Assembly: GCF_009914755.1 (NCBI RefSeq)
Contig: NC_060927.1
Direction: 5' to 3' (one strand)
DNA from: the human T2T-CHM13v2.0 reference genome, Homo sapiens
DNA length: 64,000 nucleotides
Shown piece by piece: positions 31,678-45,901 of the stretch. The notes beneath the pieces were generated by a model. It searched no databases. It saw only the letters and a program-made list of their open reading frames with translations, and had not been told where the DNA came from. The stretch's first letter is position 1, and every line of letters starts with the position of its first letter. Both the position numbers and the translations under genes were made by a program.

Positions 31678-32694
31678 TTAGAATTTGGCATGATTTTGCA
31701 GTGGCTGGTACAGGTTGTTCCTTTCCATGTTTAGTGCTTCCTTCAGGAGCTCTTTTAGGGCAGGCCTGGTGGTGACGAAATCTCTCAGCATTTGCTTGTC
31801 TGTAAAGTATTTTATTTCTCCTTCACTTATGAAGCTTAGTTTGGCTGGATATGAAATTCTGGGTTGAAGATTGTTTTCTTTAAGAATGTTGAATATTGGT
31901 CCCCACTCTCTTCTGGCTTGTAGAGTTTCTGCCGAGAGATCTGCTGCTAGTCTGATGGGCTTCCCTTTGTGGGTAACCCGACCTTTCTCTCTGGCTGCCC
32001 TTCACATTTTTTCCTTCATTTCAACTTTGGTGAATCTGACAATTATGTGTCTTGGAGTTGCTCTTCTAGAGGAGTTATCTTTGTGGTGTTCTCTGTATTT
32101 CCTGAATCTGAACGTTGGCCTGCCTTGCTAGATTGGGGAAGTTCTCCTGGATAATATCCTGCAGAGTGTTTTCCAACTTGGTTCCATTCTCCCCATCACT
32201 TTCAGGTACATTAATCAGACGTAGATTTGGTCTTTTCACATAGTCCCATATTTCTTGGAGGCTTTGTTCATTTCTTTTTATTCTTTTTTCTCTAAACTTC
32301 CCTTCTCACTTCATTTCATTCATTTCATCTTCCATCACTGATACCCTTTCTTCCAGTTGATCGCATCGGCTCCTGAGGTTTCTGCATTCTTCACGTAGTT
32401 CTCGAGCCTTGGCTTTCAGCTCCATCAGCTCCTTTAAGCACTTATCTGTATTGGTTATTCTAGTTATACATTTGTCTAAATTTTTTTCAAAGTTTTTAAC
32501 TTCTTTGCCTTTGGTTTGAATTTCCTCCTGTAGCTCGGAGTAGTTTGATCACCTGAAGCCTTCTTCTCTCAACTCATCAAAGTCATTCTCCATCCAGCTT
32601 TGTTCCATTGCTGGTGAGGAACTGCGTTCCTTTGGAGGAGGAGAGGTGCTCTGATTTTTAGAGTTCCAGTTTTTCTGCTCTGTTTTTTCCCCAT
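31678..32694 (-). pseudogene. ORF1: L1 ORF1p, disrupted
   Basis: ATG at 32694 in 'acaaagATGGGGAAAAAACAGAGCAG', TAA at 31678-31680, 63-nt spacer before ORF2. No long ORF in the track. Confidence 0.88.
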
Positions 32695-32979
32695 CTTTGT
32701 GATTTTATCTACTTTTGGTCTTTGGTGATAGTGATGTACAGATGGGTTTTTGGTGTGGATGTCCTTTCTGTTTGTTTGTTAGTTTTCCTTCTAACAGACA
32801 GGACCCTCAGCTGCAGGTCTGTTGGAGTTTGCTAGAGGTCCACTCCAGACCTTGTTTGCCTGTGTATCAGCAGCGGTGGCTGCAGAACAGCGGATTTTCG
32901 TGAACCGCGAATGCTGCTGTCTGATCATTCCTCTGGAAGTTTTGTCTCAGAGGAGTACCTGGCCGTGTGAGGTGTCAGT

Positions 32980-33248
32980 TTTGTGGTGGGAATGTGGAGC
33001 CCTGGAGTCTCTCACTAACCTCTTTCCTAAGTCCAGGAACTTATCTTGACTCCCAGCCCTGCCTGGCCAAGCTGGCTACCTAAATTCCTTCTTTTTTGCT
33101 TTTGGTGCTTTCTGTTGCTTTTCTGTTCAACCCAGTGCTGTTAGATGTTCTGTTCAAAGTGTGAATATCTGCTTGTTATTTATTTTGATTCCTCCCTGTG
33201 ACAGAGGCACGTACTAGCTGTATCCACTAAGCTATCTTGAACCCCCCT
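32980..33248 (-). mobile_element. 5' terminus of an old L1M element
   Basis: 'ttctgttcaaagtgtgaatatctgcttg...taagctatcttgaacccccc' resembles the reverse of an L1M 5' end (CAAGATGG-like motif). Confidence 0.6.
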
Positions 33249-33250
33249 TT

Positions 33251-33325
33251 ATTATAATCTTATGGGACCACCATCATATATGTGGTCTGTCATTGACCTA
33301 AACATTATTATGCACTGCATGACAA
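33251..33325 (-). mobile_element. Tigger3 terminal fragment
   Basis: 'attataatcttatgggaccacc...tgcatgac' is the reverse complement of the Tigger3 start also seen at ~2363-2420. Confidence 0.8.
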
Positions 33326-33329
33326 TACT

Positions 33330-33705
33330 GATGGATGCTACTACATAAATGAAGCTTGAAAATATTATGCTAAATGAAAGAAAACAGTCACAAAATACAT
33401 ATTATATAACTCCATTCATATAATGTGTCCAGAACAGGGAAAACAGTGGAAACAAAAAGTAGATTAGTACTGTGATTAGGTAGATTAGTACTGTGATTAG
33501 TACTGTGATTAGATAAGGGCTGTGCAGGATGGGGAAAGAAAAGAGGGCTGGGAAGTAGTAGCAATTTTGATTTGATAAAAAATGTACTAAATCTAACTGG
33601 TGAGATTACAAACAAACACCTACAAATATACTGAAATCCACTGAGTTGTGTATTCTAAATGGGTGAATTCTATGGTATTTGATTTATATCTCAATAAAGT
33701 TGTTA
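33330..33705 (+). mobile_element. L1MB/L1ME 3' end
   Basis: 'atgaagcttgaaaatattatgctaaatgaaagaaaacagtcacaaaa...ttatatctcaataaagttgtt'. Confidence 0.8.
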
Positions 33706-34130
33706 CCCCTAAAACAGCATTTTACTGTATTTATAGCTCAGACATTTCAATTAGGTATGTTCCTCAAATTCCAGCTGGCTATTTTAATTGAAACTTTTTA
33801 CATGGTCAGAAAACTCTCACAATGTCTTGCCAGGTGATTAAAACACCTTGATTTCTTTGCTCATAACAAGCTTCATAGGAGTTTTGTTTAATTAAAAATT
33901 AATTACTTTTGGTTAATGGAGTTTTCTCTATTTGTGTTCTTTAGCCACTTATTGAAAGTACTAAATCAGAGGAACTCAGACAACTTTTCACCTTTATCTG
34001 ATAAGCTCTACATTTGATCATTTTCTCAAGTGGACAAGCAACCACTTTGCTTTTTAACTGAATCTTTAATAATTCCTTCAAAAAGTTGAGAAAATGCTTC
34101 TTTTATTCAAATATATCATTTATCTCGGGC

Positions 34131-34509
34131 AGATATGGTTTAGCTGTGTCCCCACCCAAATCTCATCTTGAATTGTAGTTCCCATAATCCCCACATATCA
34201 TGGGTGGGACCTGGTGGGAGGTAATTGAATCATAGGGGCAGTTACCCCCATGCTGTTCTTCTCATGATAGTGAGTGAGCTCTCACAAGATCTGATGGTTT
34301 CGTAATGGGCTTTTCCCCCTTTTGCTCGGCACTTCTCCTTGCTGCCACCATGTGAAGAAGGATGCGTTTGCCTCCTCTTCTGCCATGATTGTAAGTTTCC
34401 TGAGGCCTTTCCAAGCCTGTGGAACTGTGAGTCAATTAAACCTCTTTTCTTTATAAATTACCCAGTCTCGGGAATGTCTTTATTAGCAGTGTGAGAACTG
34501 ACTAATACA
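34131..34509 (+). mobile_element. THE1C-like MaLR solo LTR
   Basis: 'gatatggtttagctgtgtccccacccaaatctcatcttgaattgtagttcccataatcccc...gtgagtcaattaaacc...gactaataca'. Confidence 0.93.
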
Positions 34510-36490
34510 CAGACAGATAAAAAACTGTAACCGTTCATTTCAGTATGCTTTTGAACTAGCTACCAAATATATCTTTAGCAACATTCCATGGAATATATTT
34601 ACCCTGATTATGTCTCAGGAAAACAAGGAAATTTTGTCTTTGCTGAGAATACAGTAACAAGTCAATGGGGAAAGAAAGAACTTCATGGTGTTGCAGGCAT
34701 GAGTAGAAATAGGCAGGCTGGTGATGGGTCAGAAAGAAACACCTAGAAAACTAATCACAGTGGGCTCACAGCCCACTTCTGCAATCTTACCCCCTTACTA
34801 GAAAGCATATGCCCCATAACCAAAAGTAGCTATGGTATCTTAGAAAAGCATTTCTCTCCAGATGTCACCAAGATTTTTACCTCTCTCTTAACTCTATTTT
34901 TAATCTATTAATATGCCTAGAATGGCTATGGACAGGAATGGATAGCAAGAGATATCCTATGATTATTAATATTTCAGAGAAAGTACTAGAGACAAGGACA
35001 TTGAGTATTATGAGAGGGATAAGATGATGCCTCCATTCCACCTCATAATTTCTAGCCACTGCCTTAATTTCTAGTATAGGGAAGTGTGACATTTGAGATA
35101 AAATTCAGCTTGTTCTGAACACATGCCAACTGTTTATGGAGCAATTTGTGGACAGATATATTAACCATCCTTCCACAAGTCAGGACAAGAAAGCTAAATT
35201 GTAGAACTGCAGAGTTACATTAGGACAAATGTCTAATTTCTGTTAAGGGTATATAGTATTTAAGTCACTACGCTCCTATCAAGACCAGTTCAAGAAACGT
35301 AATGTTTATTAGTAGACCAAAGTATTATATTCCTATTCATCACCTCTCAAATAATTCACAAAAATAAAATAATATTACATAACACTAAATGACAATAAAA
35401 ATTTTATTCTGAAATAATTTGAATTGCAAATATGCTGCAACCTTGGGAATGGATAGGTGAGTAATCTGGTGACACAGAAGCATCTGGTTTTTCTTGATTT
35501 ATAAATCTTCCCCTGGAGTTTTTATACTACTCCATGGAGACACATTATGGAGAACCATGGATGTAGCCTACTTGAAATTTAACACTTGTAAACAGGGTCT
35601 TATTCAGAAGGTCACCATCTGCAATTAAACATCATTCTAAAATCCCAGAGGAAATGAAATTTTAAGTGTGACATTCTTTGGATCATTTCTACAGTTTATT
35701 AAATTGCAAGAAATAAACATTCTAATTTTTATTCATTTTTAGTTATTCTGCTTTTTAAAGCTGTGAGTAATGTATTAGTAGTACTTGGTATTTTCTGGAC
35801 CACAGTTTTCCTTTCTTAACATTTATATTTGGAAATCCTGAATCTGTCTCGTTCTTGCTACACGCACAGTGACTGTGAGGGATGGGTCAAAGATAGATAC
35901 TAAATTCATGGTGCAGACATAATTAATTATCCATATGGTAAAAGATGAAAGTATGTCTTAGCTCACACCATACATAAAAATAAATTATCTAAATGGCAAT
36001 ACTAAAATCTCTAACTTTTTAAACAAAAATATGTTTAAGAAATCAGGTTAGGATTAAATTCATACAAAAAAGTTTCTTCGGAAAGCAAATATCAACTTGT
36101 TCTGATTCTGATCATGATGAATTATTGGATGTATCTGTCCTCCCTCACACTGTAAACAATTATAAAATACACAAAGTGTACAATGCAATTGTTTGAAGAC
36201 ACTGGAGGGCAAAAAGGATAGTACTCTGATCCCTGGAGTACCATAGGAGATGAGTTCCACGTCAGCCTAATTTTCTCTCTGGGGGAATTTTTAAATATCA
36301 CCACAGGGAAATGAGTTCTAAATAGAGAGCAGTAGTTTCACTAGTGGAGGAAACAAAGATCAGAGTTAGAAGGTAAAATGATGGCTAGAATTTCTGGGAC
36401 AATATACTAGATAGGAAGGAGATGTACAGAGAGGGAGCCTCATAGTCTGATAGAAGTTTCCTGGCACTGTTGAGCAAATATTTAACTACA

Positions 36491-36710
36491 CAGTAATCTC
36501 CCCTTACCTACAAGGGGTACATTCCATGATCCCCAGTGGATGCCTGAAACTCAGATAGTAATAAACCCTACATATGCTATGCTTTTTCTATGCAAAGATA
36601 CCTATGGTGAAGTTTCATGTATATATTAGGCACAGTAAGAGATTAACAATAACTAATAATAAAATAAAACAATTATAACAATATTCTGTAATAAAGTATG
36701 TGAATGGTCT

Positions 36711-36774
<64 letters not shown>

Positions 36775-36892
36775 TCCCTCTCTCTCTCTCAAAATATTTT
36801 ATTGTACTGCTCTCACCTATTTTCAGACTCCAGTAGACCTCAGGTAATTGAAACACAGAAAGTGTTTCAAGGGGTGTCTAGGGGGACTACTG
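36491..36892 (+). mobile_element. MER44A-like (Tigger7-derived) DNA transposon
   Basis: TIRs cagtaatctcccctta.../...tagggggactactg, then TA. Internal 'ccccagtggatgcctgaaac' and 'ggcacagtaagagattaacaa'. Confidence 0.88.
36715..36771. repeat. Perfect (AC)28 microsatellite
   Basis: Uninterrupted AC dinucleotides, counted directly. Confidence 0.97.
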
Positions 36893-37389
36893 TACATGTG
36901 CAAAGCAGTATTCTGTGACGCCTATCAAAGAAGGTGGTGTATGAGTGAAGCAAATATGTTAAAAGACATACAGGACCATAAACTTTGGAGTTACAACCAG
37001 ATATAGTTTAAAAAAACTAATTGAACACCCTAGGCATTCAGTTAAAGACTCCGAAAGCCCACACATTAGAAGTAGAGGTACCTTGGCCCAAGAATAAAGA
37101 TAAGGATAAGGAATACTGTAGACTTACTTTATAAAAGCTAAAACCAGACTTTGTCAAGATCATGCTAAGCTACCAGTAAAGTAACCATCTTCCAGAATGA
37201 AAGTCAATATTTTTTAAAATGAAAAAAACAAAGTTATATGCTCAACAATATAGCATTGACAATGACAAGCATGCAATCAATAACTATTACACATATGAAA
37301 AACTGGATAATGTGGCCCATAGGTAGGGGAGGAAATAGTAAATAGAGAACCTAGAGATGACAAAAAAACTGACAATAGCAAATCATGAG

Positions 37390-38655
37390 GCTATGGGGCA
37401 ATAGGAACTCTAATTCATTTGATGGTGCAAATGCAAAATGGTACTGCCACTCTGAAAGACAGTTTGGCAGCTCTTACAAAGCTAAGTAGAGTCTTATTAT
37501 ATGATCCAGCAGTCCCACTCTTAGATATTTACACAATTGATTTGAAAACTCATGTCAAAACAAAAATCTTTCACATGAATGCTTACAACAGCATTATTTA
37601 TAATCAAACATTGAAAGCAACCAAGATGTTCTTCAGTGGCTTAACAGCTAAATAAACTAGTACATCTACCAATTGGGTATGAGTAGGCTATTATTCTGCA
37701 ATAAAAAGAAATGAGCCATGAAACCATGAAAAGACATGGAGGAATCTTAAATAGATATTGCTAACTGAAAGAAGACAATTGAAAAGGCTCCAACTTGTGT
37801 GACTCCAATTACATGGCATACTAGCAAATGGTAAAATTATAGAGACAGTAAAATTATAAGTGGTTGCCAGGAATTCAGGAGGAGGTAGGGATTAAAAAGT
37901 GAAGCACAGGGAATTATCAGGGCAATAAAATTATTCTATATGATTTTTAAAGTTGCATACAAGACATTATGCATTTGACAAAACCCATAAATCTTTACAA
38001 TACAAGGAGCAATCCTCAGTGTTTGCAAATTTAAAAAATAATTTAGGAGGTTGGAACATCTCAGGAAAACATGCAGACTGAAAAAAGAATCTAACTGTAT
38101 TACAAATATATGTGCCAAACTCTCTGAAGGAGATTGGGATAAAATGTACTGACCTAAGTAACTTTGGAAATGAGTGGAGTCTATAAGACTGAAGGCAAAA
38201 GGAACTGTACTTAAGCACTATATTTTAGTTGATATGGTTATTTCCCAGGGGTGTACAGGTTAGCAATTCTGATCCTGCTACACATGTATTCCAGAACAGA
38301 ACAATCAAGTAGATGGATGGCAGAAGGTGGGAGCCAATCATCTTACTGTTGGAGTTAGAGTTCATGGAAAAGCAAGAATTCACTTGATAATGGATTAGTT
38401 TAACACACAAGTATGAATTCATGTTTAACTTAATATATTGATGTGGATAGTTATTAATTATTTATAGGTATGTGCATAAACACAAGTTAGTATAAACACA
38501 TTTAGTTTTAGGTTTGTCACTCTATCAGTAACTAGCACTTTGAGTACCCAGAGCTTGGGTTCTAATATTATTCCCTGGTAATAGGGACTAGTGCTCCTTG
38601 GAGAAACGGCTGATTCCAGGACTGGGGCAGAAAATATACAAGATAAGCCTGGAGC
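37390..38655 (+). mobile_element. L1MD-like 3' region
   Basis: 'aatgcaaaatggtactgccactctgaaagacagtttggcag' and 'gacctaagtaactttggaaatgagtggagtct...ggcaaaaggaactgtac'. Confidence 0.75.
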
Positions 38656-38659
38656 ACAA

Positions 38660-39505
38660 TTTTCCTATCTGTGTCCTTCTTCAGCTCTTTGTGCATCTTT
38701 TAAGACAGTTATTTTAAAGTATTTATTAAATCAAATTCTGGGATTCCTCAGACATGACATTTTTTGTTCCTTCAGGTGGGCTATACTTTTCTGAGGTTTT
38801 TTAATGCCTTGTGATTTTTTAAAATTGAAAACTGTCTATTTCAATCTTACATTGTGTTAACTCTGGAAATTGTATTCTTCGTCTGCTTCCAGAACATGTT
38901 GTCTTTTTTATTGTTGAAGGGTATCTCTGTGCTGAGGATTTGCCTGAGGTGAAAGCTTAAAGTCATCTCAGGACTTAGTTCTGGGTCTACGTCCTTCCAT
39001 GGGCTTGCATGGCGGCTTTCTAAATGCCCTGATATGTGTGGTTGTTTTTGAATATTCTAATCTTTAAATGCCTGACTTCTAAAAGGGGAAAAGGGGGTAA
39101 AAAACAGTGGGAGTTAAGACAGTGATATCCGAGATAGTGGTAGCTAGCCTCTGTGCCTGAACCTGAGTGATCAGAAACAACAGTCAGCAATCAGAACTCG
39201 GAAACTGAATACACGGAGGACAAACTCTTGCTTGTCCATCTTGGCTCCAGCAAGACACACCAAAAACAGGCATGACTGCCTAACACAGGGCTAGGGGGTG
39301 GGTAGCCGCTACTACCCTAAAGGTTGAAGTTGGCTAAATTAAACAGTTTACTAACCATGTTTTCCCCTGGAAGCTGCAGGCTTTCAAATAGACTCCAGAT
39401 TTCCAAAATAGTTACATCAAACAGTTTCTGCCAGTACAACTGTTTTCTGTGTGGAGAATCCGATTCTTGGTGCTTCCTACTTCACCATCCTCCTGATGTC
39501 ACCCC
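38660..39505 (-). mobile_element. Old L1M 5' region
   Basis: 'gttttcccctggaagctgcaggctttcaaatagactccagatttccaaaatagttacatcaaacagtttctgccag...tcctacttcaccatc' resembles an L1MC/MD 5' end in reverse. Confidence 0.6.
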
Positions 39506-42500
39506 AGATAAGATTTTAAGCAGTGCTAAGTTGTATGATTCTGAGAGAAACAAAAGATACAAAATGAATAGGACATCTTAAACTACAGGTTATACAGAAG
39601 GATTAAGAAGAGAGAGCCAAATATAAAATCTCTTTTCTATTCTCCTCTGTATTATTAATAAAAAACAATTAGAACCCAAGACAGTGATCTTTTCTCCCAT
39701 CCAATGACTTTCCTCATAATTTGAGTTGGTGTTAGCATCAAGCGCCATTGCCTAGTCGTTATCCAATACTGGTTTCAATTTGAAATTAATTGTCCGTATG
39801 CCTTGGTTTGTTGTAATGTACTTCCCTTTTTACTGATGCATATATATTCTAGAGACCAGATCTGAGGCAAAGAGACACAAGGGAGCTATGTAACACACTG
39901 AATGAAACCATTAAGATAACTGCTTTTACCCGGTCCTGAGTAGGTACGACAATCCGTCATCACACTGTTTAGTCAGTCTCTCATACCTCATCATCCTCAA
40001 CTGGTGAACATGAATCAGAATGATAAATCCTTAAGATTAAATATCACTTCCTCAAAGAACAGCCAAATGTATTCTCCTAGCCAGATGGGGAGATAATGAG
40101 CGTTCACATTTACTACAGAGAGGAATGTATTACTGTCTGATCATCACAGTCCAAAGGGCAATCTAAAATCTACTGGAGTGTTAAAAGGAAACATTCAGCT
40201 CACCAACACAATTATAAGCTCAGGGACGTTATTATTTGCCAAGCTGGAGTTTTTATGTTCTGCGTTAACATGATCTCCTTTTTCTCATCCACTTAGTAGA
40301 GCTTAATGTGTAGAGAAGTCAGAGCCATACTAGGAGGAGAAAAAGGTCACTGATATTCATACTGCAAGTCATTACCTAACTTCATGATTTTTCAAACAAC
40401 AATTATTAAAATAAAATAATAGAATAGAATGAAAGGAAATGAAATGAATGGAGCTGAGTAGAAAACAGGACAGAATAAAACACTCAGATATCAAATACAT
40501 AAGGACACTGCTTCTTAAAACTTCCTGATTAGATATTTGTAAGAATATCTTTTCATGAATCATGATATTAAAAATTTGAAAAACTTGTTTCCTATAGAAC
40601 TAGATTTTGAGATTGGGTTCAATCAATTTGGGGAAGGAGAATTTGAGATGATTACCAGGAAAAGGTGAGAGTATAAGGAAACCAGTTTATTTTTAGTAAC
40701 AATAGAAATGATAAAAATAATTATTATTTGTAACAATTGTACATGAGACATATATGAAAGGCCTTCATAACATATTTAGCACTGACGGGCATATCAATCT
40801 TTCCTTTATCTAAGAAGGATTTTTGTTGTTGTCACTTTTAAAAATATTAATAATAATACTTGGGTCTTTCCCTTTAGGCCTGCCTATGACTGTGTGTGTT
40901 TGATAGACCACACAGGTGTATGCACAGTTAGTGCAGAAAACACTGTCATTATGCAAATGTGACAAGTGAAACACCTAGTCAGAATAAATCTCCTTGATGC
41001 AAACATATCTAACAGGAGGTTTACATGGTTTTGCCTCCTGAGAGCATAGAATGCTTAATTTTAATTGTCAAGGAAGAACCATCTATTTCGGAAGTCTACG
41101 TAGAATTCTTCTTAGAAATCTACATAGAATACTAAAGGTATGTAATCATTAATTTGTGGTATAAGTTAATGAAAGATTTATTAAGAATATCTGAGATGCT
41201 TTGCAATAAATGCATAGAATTTACCATGCACAGTTACATTACAGTACAAGAAACATAGTTTCTGCAAAGAAACTCTGGTTTTCTTACCCAAGAACTGCTT
41301 ATAGTCCTAAATGGAGAGGCTAGGAGAACAGTCTTTCTTCTGTATGGTCTCTGTCTACTTAAGAGTGCTTGCTCCATGCTCTTTTTGGTTAGGGTGGCTG
41401 TATCTTCCTCTGGCTCAATGCTCTAATGTGTTAGCATAGAGATTTCTTAGACATTGCTGGATTACAGCATGTCAGGATTACACATGTTGACTCTTTGTAA
41501 CCTAACTGCACCTGACTTCAGACTCTTTAGGGCTGCCATTCTTCTGGCCTAGAATCAGCCAGTGTTCTTACACTCATTGACTACTGGGAAAACATTTTAA
41601 AGTGAATTTGATGGGAAGTGTCTTTTCCTACTTAGAGCCCAAACAACAACAACAAAAAACAGATCTTAGCAAGTACAAATATGTGGATTCCGTTACCCTT
41701 TTTGTTAAGTGAACTTTAGATAACTGTAATGAAATAATAACACTTGGATCACTCCACACTCAATATTTTATGTGGTCACACAATTTACATCGCTTTTTAT
41801 TATTTATTCAAACACTGGGAGAAGTCTGAGAAATGACAGACATCATCATGGACAATGGGAAAGGATTTGGGCAGACAGGGAAAGAGAGAAAACTGCAAAT
41901 GACAACAACTTCAGGCTTCACTCTAAACCACTCACTTAACACAAGCACATCTTCTATACTGACAAGATCAATGTAGGTACTAACTATGCCCGAGGCATGG
42001 GGCAATATAAAAATGAATAATATTTGGGCTCTCCATTCATAGAATGTACATTCTATAAGGAAAGATGGGCCAAATGCATAATTATCTGAAGTGCTAGGTT
42101 GAAAATGATACACCAGTGAGCAGGGCTGCAAGTTGAGTGTTGGGTTCTTGCACATCACACTTCTAATAGCTGCCAGCAATCCCAATCTGATAGCAAAAAC
42201 CATTTCAGCACATGAGCATAGAAAATATTTCAACTTATTAATTTTTTTGAGTAATTTTTGCTTTCTCATTAAGCCAACCTATTGGGAAATTCATTGAAGG
42301 AAGGCAATATAAGTTAATGCACATATCTTTGTAGGTCAATTTATTACTAGAGAGTGGGATTATCAATCCTCAGGCCTACATTAGCAGGGACTTGATCATA
42401 CCTTCTGAGTCTTAATTCCTTAGAGAACAAGAACTTCCTCTAAAATAGTACTGTTTAAAGCTCACAAAACAATCAAACTTGTATTTTTCACACAGCTAGT

Positions 42501-45129
42501 ATCCTTTCACCTACTTTTGAGAACAATCAGTGTGACTGACAGGTGGAGAAGCAAATATTGGGCAAGAAAATTGGAATTCTCACTGAAATTGAGAAAGAGA
42601 CAGATATGCTAAAAGGCCCCCACTGGGACAAGCTCATTGTAGTAAGAGGGACACAGATGAAATACAATTAGTGATATAAAATGAATGTCTGAAATGTAAT
42701 GTACAAGTGATTATATGATTTTAGAGCCAGCAACTGAGTCTCCTTTTTGTGAAATCCCGAGTGGTACTTAGCTTGCACTTTAGAAGTTCCCAAAGTGCAT
42801 CTGAGAGACTACATATATCCTCCTTGACTTGGAAAAAAAATAATCTTTAGCACTGATAGGGTATCCAGTAATATCTTAGCTAGCTGGGAGAAATAAGGGC
42901 TGGAGTCAAGGAATATATCCAGTAAACAAAGTCTGTATACAAGTTAATGACTTAAAATTGAAGCCTCCCCTTACATTCCTTGTGTAGCAGATTGGAAAAC
43001 CCACATGTGATGAATCAGGAAGAGAAATCCTATAAAATGTAACCCTTATCTTTTAAAAAATGAAAAAGGGAAGAATGAAAGGAGTCAGATATTTATTTTC
43101 CTCCTCTTTAAGCGTCTCTGTATAACTGACCTCATTATGAATCATTTCGATTTGATCACAATATGCTTTGGTTAAAATACTTTTATATTAACCTAAAGTC
43201 TATACCAAAAGTACAGACTTCTTCCCAATTTTCGCTACATATTTCATGGAGTGTTATTGGATATGGTGGTAGGTATAAGATCAAATACATGCATGAACAA
43301 ACATTTTAGGCAATTCCAGAAGTTTCACAGATTCTAAACAGGAACTGCAACTTTTCTTTTTAGCTTTTCTCACTGTATAGGCAGAAATCCAAGTCCACTG
43401 GCACCTACTCTGCAATAACCTTAGTATCTGCTAATTTTGTACTTAATAAAGGGTTTCTTGTTCCTCTGTAACAGTTTCTTGGAGTTACTCATTTACAAAT
43501 TAATTCCACATCCAAGGTGAAGATATATCTCCCTTATTGTCCTAAACAGGATTACTTGAAATTTTTTGCAAGTTTAGAAATATTGTTATACTTTACAGTT
43601 CTTTTAAATTTTTCTTCACATATATGAAGAAAACACACACACACACACACACATATATATGTGTGAGGGAGAGTAACAGAAGTCAGCTATAACTCATAAG
43701 TAGCAAAAAGTGCCTTTATCTCATTCAATGACAGTGAAATTAAATTGCTCTTATGGGCTTTTATGACACATTTTTCTATTATTTTCATAACAATCTCTCT
43801 CTGCAAACTTCTACTATCACCAGGCACTTCTAATCAGGGTATTCTCTTTCCTTCAAATGTGTAACCCTAACTATGTCCTACATCCCATTGCATTGTCAGC
43901 TGTGAGACCTCCATATCTGCAGAGAAATTCTCCCCAACACAGGAGCGCACTAAAGTCTGGGCCCATTCTAAATTCTCTGCACGTAAAATGGCCAAATGAT
44001 TGCAGTGGCAGTGACCGTAAATCTTGCTTGTCATGGTTATCAGTAAGTGTTCCTGTTTTATTAGTAGGGACAGAATCTAAAGTGCATCCTAAGATCAGGT
44101 TCAATGCTAGACCTGCACATTCATTCTGGATAAGATAACAAAGAGAAAAAAGCTTTTTGTTTTGCCATAGTTTGTGGTTCAGTTAGCATCTGTTTCTTTC
44201 AAGCCCATAGAATCAAAATCAGAGATGACTTCTCTGAATAAATGTGTTTTTCAGAAAACAATAATTCTGGTCAGATTGCTTATTAAGGTAACACCTGGCA
44301 CAAACATGAGACTACAGTGTTAACTAACCACACAGCCCACCTGAAATCTGTCCAGAAAAATGTGAAATGGCCCCTGCTAAGAAACCATGAAGCAATGAGT
44401 CACAAACACACAGCTAACACCTAGGGAGACATAAACACAGATGTCATCTCCTCTTCCTTCCTTCCTTACTGCTTTTAACTCACACCCACCAAGGAAAGAC
44501 GGTGATGAGATTTTTCACAGATGTTATGTGGGTAGGATGGGATTAGGTTATTTGTTGGAATATTTTTTCTTTTTTCTTTTTTTTGTATGCGTATGTTTGT
44601 GTTTGTTTTATTTAATGTAACACCACAATTTCTCTAGAAATAACATTTATCTTCAATCTCCATTTGATTATTATTCCTTAAAATAATTTAAAGTGAAGGA
44701 CTAAGTATGCTTAAGTTGATATTGGCTACATTGTTATAAAGATTTTAGATAAGGAGACACAGACAAATAATGAGAAAGATGAAAGAAGAGAGAAAAGAAA
44801 ATAGAAGAAAAAAAAGAAGGAAAAAGTGAAAAAAAAAGTAAAGGAATGTCAAAAACAAGAGTAAACAAAGGATAGCATATCATTTTGGTGCCTAAATTAT
44901 GAGCATTTTCCTGGCACTGTTGAGGCGATATTTATTATTACTATTATTCAATAAATAGCATGCCTTCTTCCTGAAATCTCAATCTGAATTTTAAAATTCT
45001 GGGATTATAATTGCTTAGTGAGCTCTTCTATCCATATTCCCATGACACTCAGACAAGAAGTCCATTTGCCCTTTCGTGCTACATTACAATTATGAATATG
45101 CTTTAAAAATCTGAACTACAGTGACTTAT

Positions 45130-45901
<772 letters not shown>

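Noticed and set aside
41808-42269. 153-aa minus-strand ORF
   Set aside because: No recognisable domain, composition typical of AT-rich noncoding DNA, and it appears to overlap an L2-like relic (~41960-42100)
44760-44870. Purine-rich tract as an H-DNA or functional element
   Set aside because: Irregular A/G low-complexity sequence without a clear mirror repeat; common in such regions
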